DNA from: an uncultured Actinomycetes bacterium
Lineage (GTDB): Bacteria; Actinomycetota; Thermoleophilia; UBA2241
DNA length: 64,000 bases
Reading direction: 5' to 3'
Assembly (NCBI GenBank): GCA_963725665.1
Contig: CAVRZA010000002.1
Coordinates: forward strand, 96,001 to 160,000
The notes under the pieces are model-generated. The model saw only the letters and a list, made by a program, of their open reading frames with translations. It was not told where the DNA came from and did not search any database. Positions within the stretch are counted from its first letter, which is position 1. Each line of letters starts with the position of its first letter. Made by a program: the position numbers and the translations under genes. Below are positions 1-11,654 of this stretch, piece by piece.

Positions 1-1629
1 ATGGTCGACCGGCTGGGCGCTCGGCCGCTCCCCTTGCAGCTCCCCATCGGCCGCGAGGCGGAGTTCAAGGGGGTCGTCGATCTCGTCGAGATGAAGGCCC
101 TTGTGTGGCTCGACGAGCTCGGCACGAGCTGGGAGGAACGGGAGACGCCGGAGGAGTTGCGCGAGATGGCCGACGAGTACCGCCAGCGCCTGGTCGAGGC
201 CGTCGCCGATCACGATGAGGAGATCATGGTCGCGTACCTCGAAGGCGAGGAGATCGCGCCCGATCGCCTGCGCGCCGCTATCCGCGCGGCGACCCTGGAC
301 ATCGCCGTCACGCCCGTGCTCTGCGGCTCGAGCTTCAAGAACAAGGGCGTCCAGCCTCTGCTCGACGCCGTGGTCGACTACCTCCCTTCGCCGCTCGACG
401 TGCCGCCCGTCAGCGGCCTCGCGCCGGGCAACGGCGAAGTCGTCCGCGACACGGCCGACGATGAACCCTTCGCCGCCCTCGCCTTCAAGGTGGCCGTCGA
501 CCCCTACGTGGGCAAGCTGACCTACTTCCGCGTCTACTCCGGCGTGTTGAAAGCCGGTTCCTACGTGCTCAACGTCAACAAGGAAAGGCGCGAGCGCGTC
601 AGTCGCATCCTCCAGATGCACGCCAACCATCGCGAAGACCGCAGCGAGATCTACGCCGGCGAGCTGGCCGCCGCCGTCGGCCTCAAGTTCACCGCCACCG
701 GAGACACGCTGAGCACGCCCGACAAGCCCATCGTGCTCGAGTCGATGGTGTTCCCCGAGCCGGTCATCGCGGTCGCCATCGAGCCCAAGACGAAGGCCGA
801 CGAGGAGAAGCTCTCGGCGTCGCTGCAGAAGCTCGCCGAGGAGGACCCGACGTTCCGCGTCCACTCCGACGAGGAGACCGGCCAGACGATCATCGAGGGG
901 ATGGGCGAGCTGCACCTCGAGATCATCGTCGACAGGCTCTTGCGCGAGTTCAAGGTCGACGCCAACGTCGGCCGTCCCCAGGTCGCCTACCGCGAGACGG
1001 TGACGCGCCCGGTGCAGAACGTCGAGGGGCGCTTCGTCCGCCAGACCGGAGGTCGGGGGCAATACGGGCACGTGGTCATCGACCTCGAGCCCAACGAGCC
1101 CGGCGAGGGCTACGTCTTCGAGAACAAGATCGTGGGGGGGACCATACCGCGCGACTACATCCCCGCGGTCGACCAGGGCGCGCAAGAGGCCATGAGCACC
1201 GGCATACTGGCCGGCTACCCCATGGTCGACGTCAGAGTGAGGCTGACGGACGGCTCCTATCACGAGGTGGACTCGAGCGAGCTCGCCTTCAAGATCGCCG
1301 GCTCGCTCGCCCTCAAGAACGCGGCCCAGAAGGCGAAGCCGGTGCTGCTCGAGCCGATGATGGCCGTCGAGGTGGTGAGCCCGCAGGAGTTCATGGGCGA
1401 CGTCATGGGTGACCTGAACTCGCGGCGCGGTCATATCGAAGGGATCGAGCCGCGTGGCAACGGCCAGGTGATCGGCGCGACTGTGCCTCTGTCGGCCATG
1501 TTCGGGTACGCGACCGACCTGCGCTCGATGACGCAGGGGCGCGCCACCTTCACCATGCAGTTCAAGCACTACGCGGAGGTCCCCGGGTCGATCGCCGACG
1601 AGATCGTGGCCAAGGTACGAGGGGTGTAG
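1..1629 (+). CDS. fusA: Elongation factor G (5' end outside window)
   Basis: EF-G motifs [37 protein letters not shown] and SMTQGRA; lies directly upstream of tuf. Confidence 0.98.
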   Translation: MVDRLGARPLPLQLPIGREAEFKGVVDLVEMKALVWLDELGTSWEERETPEELREMADEYRQRLVEAVADHDEEIMVAYLEGEEIAPDRLRAAIRAATLDIAVTPVLCGSSFKNKGVQPLLDAVVDYLPSPLDVPPVSGLAPGNGEVVRDTADDEPFAALAFKVAVDPYVGKLTYFRVYSGVLKAGSYVLNVNKERRERVSRILQMHANHREDRSEIYAGELAAAVGLKFTATGDTLSTPDKPIVLESMVFPEPVIAVAIEPKTKADEEKLSASLQKLAEEDPTFRVHSDEETGQTIIEGMGELHLEIIVDRLLREFKVDANVGRPQVAYRETVTRPVQNVEGRFVRQTGGRGQYGHVVIDLEPNEPGEGYVFENKIVGGTIPRDYIPAVDQGAQEAMSTGILAGYPMVDVRVRLTDGSYHEVDSSELAFKIAGSLALKNAAQKAKPVLLEPMMAVEVVSPQEFMGDVMGDLNSRRGHIEGIEPRGNGQVIGATVPLSAMFGYATDLRSMTQGRATFTMQFKHYAEVPGSIADEIVAKVRGV

Positions 1630-1661
1630 GGATGAACGTCTGTCGCGGCGGGGATAAGAGA

Positions 1662-1691
1662 TTGCCCTTGTCTGGCAGCGTCGTGTATACT
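1662..1691 (+). promoter_or_regulatory. Putative sigma70-type promoter for tuf
   Basis: TTGCCC-N18-TATACT in the fusA-tuf gap; SD AAGGAG precedes the tuf ATG. Confidence 0.55.
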
Positions 1692-1786
1692 GCTCACCTT
1701 TGGTGTGAGCGGCAGTCCTTCCCCCGTTGCGACACAAGGCTTTAGTGTCCACAGCAGACGGGTGTCAACAAAGGAGTAAATGAGAC

Positions 1787-2995
1787 ATGGCCAAGCAGAA
1801 GTTTGACCGCAGCAAGCCCCACATGAACGTGGGCACGATCGGCCATATCGACCACGGCAAGACGACGCTCACCGCTGCGATCACGCTGGTGCTTCACAAC
1901 CGCGGCGTCGGCAATACGGAGTACACGGCCTTCGACCAGATCGACAAGGCGCCTGAAGAGCGCGAGCGCGGTATCACAATCGCCACCGCGCACGTCGAGT
2001 ACGAGACCGACAAGCGGCACTACGCGCACGTCGACTGCCCGGGCCACGCCGACTACATCAAGAACATGATCACCGGCGCGGCTCAGATGGACGCGGCCAT
2101 CCTCGTCGTGGGCTCTGACGACGGCCCCATGCCGCAGACGCGCGAGCATATCCTTCTCGCGCACCAGGTGAACGTGCCGTACATCATCGTCTACATGAAC
2201 AAGGTCGACCTCGTCGACGACCCCGAGCTGCTCGAGCTGGTCGAGATCGAGGTACGCGAGCTCCTTAGCAAGAACGACTTCCCGGGAGACGAGATCCCGG
2301 TCATCAGGGGTTCGGCGCTGAAGGCGCTCGAGTGCGGCTGCGGCAAGCCCGAGTGTGAGTGGTGCTCGTCGATCCTCGAGCTGACCGAGGCCCTCGACAC
2401 CTACCTGCCCGAGCCGCAGCGCGACGTCGACAAGCCGTTCCTCATGCCGGTCGAGGACGTCTTCACCATCACCGGCCGCGGAACCGTCGCCACCGGCCGT
2501 GTGGAGCGCGGCAAGATCAAGGTGGGCGAGGAGGTCGAGATCGTCGGCATGCGCGACAAGGCGCAGAAGACCGTCGTGACCGGCGTCGAGATGTTCCGCA
2601 AGCTGCTCGACGAGGGCGTCGCCGGCGACAACATCGGCATCCTCCTGCGCGGCACCAAGCGCGAAGAGGTCGAGCGCGGCATGGTCGCCTCGAAGCCGGG
2701 CAGCATCACGCCGCACACCAACTTCATGGCGCAGGTCTACGTGCTGTCGAAGGACGAGGGCGGGCGTCACACGCCGTTCTTCAACGGGTATCGCCCGCAG
2801 TTCTACTTCCGCACCACGGACGTGACGGGCGTCATCACGTTGGCCGAGGGCGTCGAGATGGTCATGCCGGGTGACAACACTGTGATGGAAGTCCAGCTGA
2901 TCACGCCGATCGCCATGGAAGAGGGCCTGCGCTTCGCTATCCGCGAGGGCGGCCGCACCGTGGGCGCCGGCGCCGTGACGGAGATCAAGAAGTAG
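1787..2995 (+). CDS. tuf: Elongation factor Tu
   Basis: [21 protein letters not shown] and [13 protein letters not shown] motifs. Confidence 0.99.
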   Translation: MAKQKFDRSKPHMNVGTIGHIDHGKTTLTAAITLVLHNRGVGNTEYTAFDQIDKAPEERERGITIATAHVEYETDKRHYAHVDCPGHADYIKNMITGAAQMDAAILVVGSDDGPMPQTREHILLAHQVNVPYIIVYMNKVDLVDDPELLELVEIEVRELLSKNDFPGDEIPVIRGSALKALECGCGKPECEWCSSILELTEALDTYLPEPQRDVDKPFLMPVEDVFTITGRGTVATGRVERGKIKVGEEVEIVGMRDKAQKTVVTGVEMFRKLLDEGVAGDNIGILLRGTKREEVERGMVASKPGSITPHTNFMAQVYVLSKDEGGRHTPFFNGYRPQFYFRTTDVTGVITLAEGVEMVMPGDNTVMEVQLITPIAMEEGLRFAIREGGRTVGAGAVTEIKK

Positions 2996-3024
2996 CGTAG
3001 CAAGCGTCCAGCACAGTCATCGAG

Positions 3025-3053
3025 GGCCGGGCGTGCCATAGACACGCCCGGCC
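3025..3053 (+). terminator. GC-rich hairpin between tuf and rpsJ (terminator or leader element)
   Basis: GGCCGGGCGTG-N7-CACGCCCGGCC, 11-bp stem, no U-tract. Confidence 0.45.
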
Positions 3054-3079
3054 GCGTGAACAGACTTGAAGAGGCGAGA

Positions 3080-3388
3080 GTGGCCCAGCAGAAGATCCGC
3101 ATCAGACTGAAGAGTTACGACCATGAGCAGCTCGAGCGGAGTGCGCAATCGATCGTCGAGACGGCCCAGCGGACCGGTGCGACCATCTCGGGGCCGGTGC
3201 CGCTGCCGACCGAGAAGAACGTCTACTGCGTGATCAAGAGCCCCTTCAAGGACAAGGACTCGCGCGAGCACTTCGAGATCCGCACGCACAAGCGTCTGAT
3301 CGACATCCACCAACCGACCCCCAAGACGGTCGACTCGCTCATGCGCCTCGATTTGCCTGCCGGCGTACACATCGAGATCAAGCTGTAA
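3080..3388 (+). CDS. rpsJ: 30S ribosomal protein S10
   Basis: [34 protein letters not shown]; GTG start chosen at 3080. Confidence 0.98.
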   Translation: MAQQKIRIRLKSYDHEQLERSAQSIVETAQRTGATISGPVPLPTEKNVYCVIKSPFKDKDSREHFEIRTHKRLIDIHQPTPKTVDSLMRLDLPAGVHIEIKL

Positions 3389-3394
3389 GCGGAG

Positions 3395-4009
3395 ATGGCG
3401 GGCATCATCGGCAAGAAGGTCGGCATGACCCAGCTGTTCGACGACGACGGTAACGTCGTCGCCGTGACGGTCGTCGAGGCCGGGCCTTGTCCGGTGACGC
3501 ACGTGCGCACCCCCGAAAGAGACGGTTACGCGGCCGTGCAACTCGCGTTCGAAGACTGCAAGGACAAGCACCTCACGAAGGCCGAGCTGGGTCACCTCAA
3601 GAAGGCCGGTCTCAAGCACGGGATGCGTCATCTGGTGGAGTTTCGCGACATGGGCGACTTGAGCGTTGGTGACACCGTCACCGTCGCGGCGTTCGAGGAC
3701 GGCCAGAAGATCAGCGTCGTTGGCGTGTCGAAGGGCAAGGGTTTCCAGGGGACGATCAAGCGGCACAACTTCGGCCGCGGCCCAGAGACCCACGGCTCGC
3801 ACAACGTCCGCCAGCCAGGCTCGATCGGCGCCAGCGCCTATCCGAGCCGCGTCTTCAAGGGCATGCGGATGTCCGGTCACATGGGCTCGCGTCGCGTCAC
3901 GCAGCCCGGGTTGCACATCGTGCGCCGTGACGTCGAGAACAACCTCTTGCTCATCAAGGGCTCGGTCCCCGGTCCGAGGAACTCCGTCGTCATCGTCAAG
4001 GGCAGGTAG
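3395..4009 (+). CDS. rplC: 50S ribosomal protein L3
   Basis: GKKVGMTQ, GKGFQGTIKRHNF, KGSVPG. Confidence 0.98.
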   Translation: MAGIIGKKVGMTQLFDDDGNVVAVTVVEAGPCPVTHVRTPERDGYAAVQLAFEDCKDKHLTKAELGHLKKAGLKHGMRHLVEFRDMGDLSVGDTVTVAAFEDGQKISVVGVSKGKGFQGTIKRHNFGRGPETHGSHNVRQPGSIGASAYPSRVFKGMRMSGHMGSRRVTQPGLHIVRRDVENNLLLIKGSVPGPRNSVVIVKGR

Positions 4010-4011
4010 TC

Positions 4012-5127
4012 GTGAGCCCCGAGAAGAAGCGACCGGACAAGGACGCCGAGGCGAGGGCGGCTGATCAGGCGGCCGGCGAGCCGGCCGCCGGCGAGGACTC
4101 AGCCGAGTCGTCGGCGCCCCAAGCCGAGGTGGACGAGACTGCCGCCCCCGCAACCGAGGAGGCCGCAGCCGACAAGCCGAAGCGTGCGCGCGCCAAGGCG
4201 GCCAAGGCCGGGGCAGGCGCGGCCGATGATGTCGCGCCGGCTCCGGCGCCTGAGGCCGCGAAGCCCAAGGCGCGCAAGCCGCGCGCGGCTGCACGGAAGC
4301 CGGCTCAGGCGCCCGAGGCCGCCGCGGCCGCAGCCGAGCCGGTCATCGAAGAGGCGCCCTCGCCCGTCGCAGAAGAGGCGCCCGAGCCGGTCGCAGAAGA
4401 GGTGACCGAGGCCGTCGCGCCGCCCGAGCCGCCGAAGGTGACGAGGGCGAAGGCTGCCAAAGCGAAGGCGAAGAAACCGCATGTCGAGCACCACGCGGTC
4501 GAGAAACCGGCGCCGGGCCGAGCCGCGATCATCGACGGCGACGGCAACGAGGTCGAGGCGGTGGAGCTCGGCGAGAGACTGTTCGGGGTCAGTGCGTCAG
4601 TCGATGTGCTGCACCTCGTCGTGCGCGCCGAGCAAGCCGCGCGTCGCCGTGGCACCGCCTCGACGAAGACACGCGGCGAGGTCTCGGGCTCGACCGCAAA
4701 GCTGTACCGGCAGAAGGGCACGGGCCGGGCGCGCGTCGGGTCGGCCAAGTCGCCGACGCGTACCCACGGCGGTACCGCCTTCGGCCCCAAGCCGCGCGAC
4801 TACGACATCAAGGTGAATCGCAAGGTGCGCCGCAAGGCGCTGGCCATGGCGCTCTCCGACCGCGCAGCCGGCGGCGACATCTACGTCGCGCGCGACCTTG
4901 CCCTCGATGCGCCAAGCACGGGCCGGGCGAACGACTTCCTCGCGGGGCTCGACATCCCGGTGCCCGTGCTTGTGGTGACAGACGATGAGCCGGTCGTGAC
5001 GAAGTCGGTGCGCAACCTGCACTACGCGGAGCCAGCCGACGTGCGCACCCTGTCCACCGAGCAGGTGCTGCGCGCCCGCTCGCTCGTGCTGACCGCGAAG
5101 GCGTTCGCCGTCCTCAACGAGGCGTGA
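4012..5127 (+). CDS. rplD: 50S ribosomal protein L4 with ~170-aa Ala/Glu/Pro/Lys-rich N-terminal extension
   Basis: L4 core GTASTKTRGEVSG..KLYRQKGTGRARVGS..GG.AFGPKPRDY; position between rplC and rplW. Confidence 0.95.
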   Translation: MSPEKKRPDKDAEARAADQAAGEPAAGEDSAESSAPQAEVDETAAPATEEAAADKPKRARAKAAKAGAGAADDVAPAPAPEAAKPKARKPRAAARKPAQAPEAAAAAAEPVIEEAPSPVAEEAPEPVAEEVTEAVAPPEPPKVTRAKAAKAKAKKPHVEHHAVEKPAPGRAAIIDGDGNEVEAVELGERLFGVSASVDVLHLVVRAEQAARRRGTASTKTRGEVSGSTAKLYRQKGTGRARVGSAKSPTRTHGGTAFGPKPRDYDIKVNRKVRRKALAMALSDRAAGGDIYVARDLALDAPSTGRANDFLAGLDIPVPVLVVTDDEPVVTKSVRNLHYAEPADVRTLSTEQVLRARSLVLTAKAFAVLNEA

Positions 5128-5417
5128 CCATGATCGAAGCAGAGAAGATCATCATCCGGCCGATCATCTCCGAGAAGAGCTACGCTCAGATCGACCAGGG
5201 CCGCTACACCTTCGAGGTGCACCCGAAGGCGCACAAGACGATGATCGCCCAGGCGGTCGAGCAGCTCTTCGACGTCAAGGTGACCGACGTCTCCACGGCT
5301 CACGTGCCACCGAAGCCGAAGCGCCGCGGTTGGTCGGCGGGGCGCACGGCGGCGTGGAAGAAGGCCGTCGTGACGCTGCGCAGCGGCGACAAGATCGAGT
5401 TCTTCGAGGGCAGGTAA
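5124..5417 (+). CDS. rplW: 50S ribosomal protein L23
   Basis: IIRPIISEKS, YTFEVHPKAHK, WKKAVVTL. Confidence 0.97.
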   Translation: MTMIEAEKIIIRPIISEKSYAQIDQGRYTFEVHPKAHKTMIAQAVEQLFDVKVTDVSTAHVPPKPKRRGWSAGRTAAWKKAVVTLRSGDKIEFFEGR

Positions 5418-6251
5418 GTGGGCATCAAGAAGTTCAAGCCTACGTCGCCGGGTCGCCGTTTCATGACGGTGGATACGTTCGACGAGATAACGCGACAAGC
5501 GCCCGAGAGGTCGCTGGTAGCGCCGTTGAAGCGCACCGGCGGGCGCAACAGCTACGGGCGCATAACCACGCGTCACCAGGGCGGAGGCCACAAACGCCGC
5601 TACCGGGTCATCGATTTCAAGCGCGACAAGGACGGCGTGCCCGCCAAGGTGGCGCACATCGAGTACGATCCCAACAGATCGGCGCGTATCGCTCTCCTGC
5701 ACTACCTCGATGGAGAGAAGCGCTACATACTCGCCCCGCAGGGGCTGGTCGTCGGTGACCTCGTCGAGTCGGGGCCGACGGCGGACATCAAGCCGGGCAA
5801 CGCGTTGCCGCTCGAGAACATCCCGACCGGCACGACGATCCACAACGTCGAACTGTACCCCGGGCGTGGCGCCCAGCTAGTGCGCAGCGCCGGCACGAGC
5901 GCCCAGTTGCAGGCGAAGGAGCGTGGCTTCGGTGTGCTGCGGCTGCCCTCGGGCGAGCTGCGCCGCGTCCATCTCACCTGCCGGGCGACCGTCGGAGAGC
6001 TGGGCAACGCGGACCACTCGAACCTCGACGGCGGCAAGGCGGGGCGGACGCGGTGGCGGGGCGTGCGCCCGACGGTGCGCGGCACCGCGATGAACCCGGT
6101 GGATCATCCGCACGGCGGTGGCGAGGGCAAGACGACCGCGGGTCGTCACCCGGTGACGCCGTGGGGTGTGCCGACGCTCGGCTATCGCACGCGGACCAAG
6201 AACAAGCCGTCCGACAAGTACATCATCCGCGGCCGCAAGCGCGGCAAGTGA
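5418..6251 (+). CDS. rplB: 50S ribosomal protein L2
   Basis: [30 protein letters not shown]. Confidence 0.99.
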   Translation: MGIKKFKPTSPGRRFMTVDTFDEITRQAPERSLVAPLKRTGGRNSYGRITTRHQGGGHKRRYRVIDFKRDKDGVPAKVAHIEYDPNRSARIALLHYLDGEKRYILAPQGLVVGDLVESGPTADIKPGNALPLENIPTGTTIHNVELYPGRGAQLVRSAGTSAQLQAKERGFGVLRLPSGELRRVHLTCRATVGELGNADHSNLDGGKAGRTRWRGVRPTVRGTAMNPVDHPHGGGEGKTTAGRHPVTPWGVPTLGYRTRTKNKPSDKYIIRGRKRGK

Positions 6252-6276
6252 CGGGGACAGGCAGTAAGGAGACTGT

Positions 6277-6555
6277 GTGAGCCGGTCAACGAAGAAAGGC
6301 CCGTTCGTCGACGAGCGCCTCATGGCGCGTGTGCTGGAGATGAACGCTTCGGGTCAGAAGAGGATGCTCAAGACCTGGTCGCGCGCCTCGACGATCTTCC
6401 CCGAGATGGTCGGGCACACCATCGCCGTCCACGACGGGCGCAAGCACGTGCCCATCTTCATCACCGAGTCGATGGTGGGCCACAAGCTGGGAGAGTTCGC
6501 CCTCACGCGCACCTTCCGCGGGCACATCAAGTCGGACAGGTCGGCGAGAAGGTAA
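6277..6555 (+). CDS. rpsS: 30S ribosomal protein S19
   Basis: [24 protein letters not shown]. Confidence 0.98.
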   Translation: MSRSTKKGPFVDERLMARVLEMNASGQKRMLKTWSRASTIFPEMVGHTIAVHDGRKHVPIFITESMVGHKLGEFALTRTFRGHIKSDRSARR

Positions 6556-6558
6556 GCC

Positions 6559-6903
6559 GTGGCGGTCAGGGCACAGGCCAAGTACGTGCGCATCGCGCCG
6601 CGCAAGGCGCGGGAGGTCGTCGACCTCATTCGCGGCAAGACGGTCGCCGACGCCCGTGCGCAGCTTCTCGTGACGAAGCGCGGGGCTGCTCGGGCAGTGT
6701 CGAGGGTGCTCGACTCCGCCGTGGCCAACGCGGAGAACAACGACGGCCTGGCCGCGGCCGACCTCTTCGTCAAGGAGGCGTACGTCGACGAGGGCCCGAC
6801 GCTCAAGCGCTGGCGGTTCCGCGCCATGGGCCGCGTCAATCGCATACGCAAGAGGATGAGCCACATCACGATCGCAGTCGATCAGAGGGAGGGCCGGCGC
6901 TAG
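6559..6903 (+). CDS. rplV: 50S ribosomal protein L22
   Basis: [28 protein letters not shown]. Confidence 0.98.
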   Translation: MAVRAQAKYVRIAPRKAREVVDLIRGKTVADARAQLLVTKRGAARAVSRVLDSAVANAENNDGLAAADLFVKEAYVDEGPTLKRWRFRAMGRVNRIRKRMSHITIAVDQREGRR

Positions 6904-7655
6904 TGGGCCAGAAGGTGCATCCCGGCGGCTTCCGCGTCGGCGTCATCCACGACTGGAAGTCGCATTGGTACACGGAGAAGGAGTTCAAGAACTACCTCTC
7001 CGAGGACGAGCGCATCCGCAGCCACATCCTGCGCAAGCTGTCGCACGCGGGGCTGTCGCGCATCATCCTGCGCAAGGATCAGAACAACGTGACCGTCGAC
7101 ATCTATACCGCCAGGCCGGGCATCGTCATCGGCAAGAGCGGTTCGGAGGTCGACGCGTTGCGCAAGGAGATCCACGCGATGACGCGCAAGAACGCGCAGG
7201 TGAACATCATCGAAGTCAAGCGTCCGGAGCTCGACGCAGTGTTGGTGGCGCAGTCTATCGCCGAGCAGCTCGAGAACCGCGTCAGCTTCAGGCGGGCCAT
7301 GAAACGCGCCCTCACGAGCGCGATCCGCTCGGGCGCCGCTGGGATGCGCGTGCGGTGCAGCGGGCGCTTGGGCGGGGCCGAGATGGCCCGCAGCGAGAGC
7401 TACAGTGAGGGACGAGTGCCTCTCCACACGCTGCGCGCGGACATCGACTACGGCTTCAAGGAAGCGAAGACCACCTTCGGCCGGATCGGCGTGAAGGTGT
7501 GGATCAACAAGGGCGAGATCATGCCCGAGGGCTACCCCAAGGACGAGGAGCGCGAGCGCCAGGAGCGCGAGCGCGACGAGCGCCGTGACGGCGGTCGCGA
7601 CCGTCGCCGGCCGCCGCGCCAGGGTGACTCGAGAGGGCCCAGGACGCAGAGGTAG
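6903..7655 (+). CDS. rpsC: 30S ribosomal protein S3
   Basis: [31 protein letters not shown]; Arg/Glu-rich C-terminal tail. Confidence 0.98.
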   Translation: MGQKVHPGGFRVGVIHDWKSHWYTEKEFKNYLSEDERIRSHILRKLSHAGLSRIILRKDQNNVTVDIYTARPGIVIGKSGSEVDALRKEIHAMTRKNAQVNIIEVKRPELDAVLVAQSIAEQLENRVSFRRAMKRALTSAIRSGAAGMRVRCSGRLGGAEMARSESYSEGRVPLHTLRADIDYGFKEAKTTFGRIGVKVWINKGEIMPEGYPKDEERERQERERDERRDGGRDRRRPPRQGDSRGPRTQR

Positions 7656-7667
7656 GGTCGAGGACAG

Positions 7668-8093
7668 ATGCTCCTGCCGAAACGAGTCAAGCACAGAAAA
7701 GAGCAGCGCGGACGCATGAGCGGCGTCGCCAAGGGCGGCACCGAGGTGCAGTTCGGCGAGTACGGGCTGAAGGCCCTCGAGGCGGGCTGGGTGACCAACC
7801 GCCAGATCGAGGCCGCCCGTATCGCCATGACCCGCTACATGAAGCGCGGCGGCAAGGTGTGGATCAATATCTTCCCGCACAAGCCGGTGACGGCGAAGCC
7901 GGCCGAGACGCGTATGGGCGGCGGCAAGGGTTCGCCCGACAAGTGGGTGGCCGTGGTCAAGCCGGGCAAGGTGATGTTCGAGCTGGCCGGCGTGACCGAG
8001 CCGGTGGCCCGCGAGGCCATGCGTCTGGCGATGCACAAGCTCCCCATCAGGAGCAAGTTCGTGACCAGGGAGGGTGACCTCTTTGAAAGCTAG
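7668..8093 (+). CDS. rplP: 50S ribosomal protein L16
   Basis: [28 protein letters not shown]. Confidence 0.98.
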   Translation: MLLPKRVKHRKEQRGRMSGVAKGGTEVQFGEYGLKALEAGWVTNRQIEAARIAMTRYMKRGGKVWINIFPHKPVTAKPAETRMGGGKGSPDKWVAVVKPGKVMFELAGVTEPVAREAMRLAMHKLPIRSKFVTREGDLFES

Positions 8094-8298
8094 GCAGCTA
8101 CGAGAGCTCTCCGACGACGAGCTGGCCCTGCGGCTGCGTGACACCCGCAAGGAACTCTTCAACCTGCGTTTCCAGCATGCCACGGGGCAGCTCGACAATC
8201 CCCACAAACTGGCGCTGACGCGGCGCGAGATCGCCCGCCTGCTCACGATGCAGAGCGAGCGTGAGAGCGAGCGTCGGGCCGCTGGCGGTGAGGTCTGA
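8083..8298 (+). CDS. rpmC: 50S ribosomal protein L29
   Basis: [25 protein letters not shown]; TTG start inferred. Confidence 0.95.
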   Translation: MKARQLRELSDDELALRLRDTRKELFNLRFQHATGQLDNPHKLALTRREIARLLTMQSERESERRAAGGEV

Positions 8299-8777
8299 TG
8301 GCCGAGAAGAAGACGACGACGACTACGAGCAAGTCTTCGCGGCCGGCGAAGACCGCGGCCGCGGCGGCGAAGAAGTCGGCGGCGGCGAAGAAGCCAGCGG
8401 CCGCGAAGAAGCCGGCCGCGAAGCGGACGACCAAGAAGGCCGACGCCCCCGCGGTGGCGGCCAAGACGACGAAGAAGATGACGGCGGCACGGGCGAAGAC
8501 GAAGTCCGAGCGTCCGGTGCCGGTGCGGGTGCCGGGTCGCAAGGAACGCCGCGGGGTCGTGGTGAGCAGCGCCATGGATAAGACCGTCGTCGTGCGTATC
8601 GACACCATCAGGGTGCACGACCGCTACGGCAAGGTGGTACGGCGTTCGCGCAAGCTGCACGTGCACGACGAGCACAACGCGGCGGGCGTGGGCGATCTGG
8701 TGCGCGTGGTCGAGTCGCGTCCGCTGTCGGCGACGAAGCGCTGGCGACTGCTGGAGATCCTCGAGAAAGCGAAGTGA
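8298..8777 (+). CDS. rpsQ: 30S ribosomal protein S17 with ~80-aa Lys/Ala-rich N-terminal extension
   Basis: S17 core [37 protein letters not shown]. Confidence 0.96.
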   Translation: MAEKKTTTTTSKSSRPAKTAAAAAKKSAAAKKPAAAKKPAAKRTTKKADAPAVAAKTTKKMTAARAKTKSERPVPVRVPGRKERRGVVVSSAMDKTVVVRIDTIRVHDRYGKVVRRSRKLHVHDEHNAAGVGDLVRVVESRPLSATKRWRLLEILEKAK

Positions 8778-8799
8778 GCACGGCGGGCGAGGGACGAGG

Positions 8800-9168
8800 A
8801 TGATCCAGGTCGAATCGAGACTCCGGGTAGCGGACAACACGGGTGCCCGTGAGATCCTCTGCATCCGCATCCGCGGCGGCTCGCGGCGTCGCTACGCTCA
8901 CGTCGGCGACGTGATCGTCGCCGCCGTGAAGTCGGCGACGCCGGGCGGCAGCGTGAAGAAAGGCGACGTGGTGAACGCCGTGGTGGTGCGCACGAAGAAG
9001 GAGTTCGGGCGCAAGGACGGCACCTACATCGCCTTTGACGAGAATGCCGCCGTGCTGATCGACAACCAGAACAACCCGCGCGGCACGCGCATCTTCGGGC
9101 CGGTCGCCCGAGAGCTGCGCGAAAAGAACTTCATGAAGATCGTGTCGCTCGCCCCCGAAGTCCTTTAG
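8800..9168 (+). CDS. rplN: 50S ribosomal protein L14
   Basis: [33 protein letters not shown]. Confidence 0.99.
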   Translation: MIQVESRLRVADNTGAREILCIRIRGGSRRRYAHVGDVIVAAVKSATPGGSVKKGDVVNAVVVRTKKEFGRKDGTYIAFDENAAVLIDNQNNPRGTRIFGPVARELREKNFMKIVSLAPEVL

Positions 9169-9209
9169 TCGGGCGAGCGAAGAGAGGCGAGGGAAAGACC
9201 CGAAGCGAC

Positions 9210-9545
9210 ATGGCGAAGGCGAAGATCCACAAGGGCGACCAGGTGATGGTCATCAGCGGCAAGGAGGCCGGCAAGACCGGCAAGGTGCTGCGTATCGACC
9301 CCGACAAGGGACGGCTGGTCGTCGAGCGGCTCAACATGATGCGCCGGCACACGCGCCCCGACCCGAAGAAGAACCCGCAGGGCGGCGTGATCGAGCGTGA
9401 GGGCACGATGGACGTCTCGAATGTCATGCTCATCTGCCCGGCGTGCAACCAGCCCACCCGCGTGGGGTTCAGGGTGACCGGCGGCGGCGACAAGGTGCGC
9501 GTGTGCCGCCGCGGCAACTGCAGCTCCGACATCGACAAGGCGTGA
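9210..9545 (+). CDS. rplX: 50S ribosomal protein L24
   Basis: KOW motif [19 protein letters not shown]; SNVML. Confidence 0.97.
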   Translation: MAKAKIHKGDQVMVISGKEAGKTGKVLRIDPDKGRLVVERLNMMRRHTRPDPKKNPQGGVIEREGTMDVSNVMLICPACNQPTRVGFRVTGGGDKVRVCRRGNCSSDIDKA

Positions 9546-9552
9546 GGGCGAC

Positions 9553-10098
9553 GTGATGGCGCGCTTGAAGGAGAGATACCGAGATGAGGTGGTCTCGCAG
9601 CTGCGGGAGCAGTTCGGCTACGGCAACCCGATGCAGGTGCCCAAGGTGACCAAGGTGACGCTGAACATGGGCGTCGGCGAGGCCAAGACCAACGCCAAGC
9701 TTCTCGATACCGCGGTCACCGAGCTAGCCCAGATCTCGGGACAGAAGCCCGTCATCACGCGGGCGCGCAAGTCGATCGCGGGCTTCAAAGTGCGCGAAGG
9801 CATGTCGATCGGCGCCAAGGTGACCCTGCGCGGTGACCGCATGTACGAGATGATCGATCGTCTCGTCTCGATCGCCTTGCCGCGCATCCGTGACTTCCGC
9901 GGAATCGGACCTGGTCAGTTTGACGGCCGCGGCAATTTCGCCATGGGCATCCGCGAGCAGACGATCTTCCCGGAGATCGACTACGACAAGGTCGAGCATA
10001 CACAGGGACTGAACGTGGTCATCACGACCACAGCGAAGACCGACGAGGAGGGCCGCGCCCTGCTGGCCAAAATGGGCATGCCTTTTCGTGAGAGCTAG
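9553..10098 (+). CDS. rplE: 50S ribosomal protein L5
   Basis: [28 protein letters not shown]. Confidence 0.98.
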   Translation: MMARLKERYRDEVVSQLREQFGYGNPMQVPKVTKVTLNMGVGEAKTNAKLLDTAVTELAQISGQKPVITRARKSIAGFKVREGMSIGAKVTLRGDRMYEMIDRLVSIALPRIRDFRGIGPGQFDGRGNFAMGIREQTIFPEIDYDKVEHTQGLNVVITTTAKTDEEGRALLAKMGMPFRES

Positions 10099-10108
10099 GA
10101 GCAACTGA

Positions 10109-10294
10109 ATGGCTAAGACATCTTTGCTGGTGAAGGCGCAACGCAAGCAGCGCCACGCGACGCGCGAGTACAGCCGCTGCGTCAGGTGCGGCCGGCCGCG
10201 AGCCTACTACCGCAAGTTCGGCCTCTGCCGGATCTGCCTGCGCGAGCTCGCCCATCAGGGCGTGATTCCCGGCATGACGAAGTCGAGCTGGTAA
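10109..10294 (+). CDS. rpsZ: 30S ribosomal protein S14, Zn-binding type Z
   Basis: 61 aa; [19 protein letters not shown]; ends KSSW. Confidence 0.97.
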   Translation: MAKTSLLVKAQRKQRHATREYSRCVRCGRPRAYYRKFGLCRICLRELAHQGVIPGMTKSSW

Positions 10295-10308
10295 GGGGGA
10301 GTGACGAG

Positions 10309-10707
10309 ATGTCGATGACCGACCCCATCGCCGACATGCTGACGCGCATCCGCAATGCTAACCAGGCGATGCATTCGCAGGTCGAGATACCAGCGTCGAA
10401 GATGAAGAGCGAGATCGCACGCCTGCTCAAGGACCAGGGGTACATCGCTGGTTTCGAGGTCAAGAGCGCGGAGCACGGCGACGTCATAGTGATCGACCTG
10501 AAGTACGGCAAGAACCGCGAACGCGTCATCTCGGGCATCAAGCGCGTTTCGAAGCCGGGACGCCGCATCTATGCTCGCAAGGAGACGCTGCCCAGGGTGC
10601 TGGGCGGCTTGGGAACCGCTATCATCTCGACCTCCCGCGGCCTGCTGACGAGCGCCGAAGCGCAGCGTCAGGGCCTCGGCGGCGAGGTCGTCTGCTTCAT
10701 CTGGTAA
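10309..10707 (+). CDS. rpsH: 30S ribosomal protein S8
   Basis: [33 protein letters not shown]; start trimmed to ATG 10309. Confidence 0.98.
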   Translation: MSMTDPIADMLTRIRNANQAMHSQVEIPASKMKSEIARLLKDQGYIAGFEVKSAEHGDVIVIDLKYGKNRERVISGIKRVSKPGRRIYARKETLPRVLGGLGTAIISTSRGLLTSAEAQRQGLGGEVVCFIW

Positions 10708-10717
10708 AGGGACGTAG

Positions 10718-11251
10718 ATGTCGAGGATCGGTAGAGCGCCCATAGAGGTTCCCGCGGGGGTCGAGTTCGCCCAGCGAGACGACGTCGTGACCGTGAAAGG
10801 GCCGCGGGGCGAGCTCAGTCAGCGGGTGCCGAGCGAGATGCACATCGAGCTGAACGACGGGCTCATCGTCGTTACACGCCCGAGCGACTCGGGACAGCAC
10901 CGTTCGCTGCACGGACTGACCCGCTCGCTCGTGGCGAACATGGTCGAGGGCGTGACGAAGGGCTTCGAGAAACGTCTCGAGATCGTCGGCGTCGGCTACC
11001 GTGCGAGCGTCAAGGGCAACAACCTCGAGCTCCTTGTGGGTTACAGCCACCCGGTGGTCATGGAGCCGCCGGAGCACGTCGAGTTTGAGACCCCTCAGCC
11101 CCAGGTGGTCCTCGTTAGGGGCATCGACAAGCAAGTCGTCGGGCAGGTGGCGGCCGAGGTGCGCGCCGTGCGCCGGCCGGAGCCCTACAAGGGCAAGGGC
11201 ATCCGCCACGCGGGCGAGTACGTGGCGAAGAAGGTCGGCAAGCGCGCCTAG
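10718..11251 (+). CDS. rplF: 50S ribosomal protein L6
   Basis: [20 protein letters not shown]. Confidence 0.98.
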   Translation: MSRIGRAPIEVPAGVEFAQRDDVVTVKGPRGELSQRVPSEMHIELNDGLIVVTRPSDSGQHRSLHGLTRSLVANMVEGVTKGFEKRLEIVGVGYRASVKGNNLELLVGYSHPVVMEPPEHVEFETPQPQVVLVRGIDKQVVGQVAAEVRAVRRPEPYKGKGIRHAGEYVAKKVGKRA

Positions 11252-11282
11252 CGCGCCGCCAGCAAGAGGAGCGACGCGAACG

Positions 11283-11633
11283 ATGAGCGGGAAGACGGTA
11301 GAGCAGGCGCGCAGCAGGCGACACAAGCGCATCAGGGGCCGCCTGGCCGGCACGGCGGAGCGGCCGCGCATCTCGGTGTACCGCTCCAACCGGGCGATCT
11401 ATGCGCAGGCCATCGACGATGTCACCGGCACAACCGTCGTCGCGGCGCGCTCTTTCGAGGTAGACGCGACGGGAGGCAAGACCGCCGTCGCCGGGCGCGT
11501 GGGGCTGCTACTCGCGGAGCGCGCGAAAGCGAAAGGCATCGCGGCGGTCGTCTTCGACCGCTCGGGCTACCTGTACCACGGGCGCGTCAAGGCGCTTGCC
11601 GAAGGCGCCCGCGAGGGCGGCCTGCAGTTCTAG
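11283..11633 (+). CDS. rplR: 50S ribosomal protein L18
   Basis: [35 protein letters not shown]. Confidence 0.97.
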   Translation: MSGKTVEQARSRRHKRIRGRLAGTAERPRISVYRSNRAIYAQAIDDVTGTTVVAARSFEVDATGGKTAVAGRVGLLLAERAKAKGIAAVVFDRSGYLYHGRVKALAEGAREGGLQF

Positions 11634-11654
11634 AGTGAGGAGAGAGAAAGCCTG

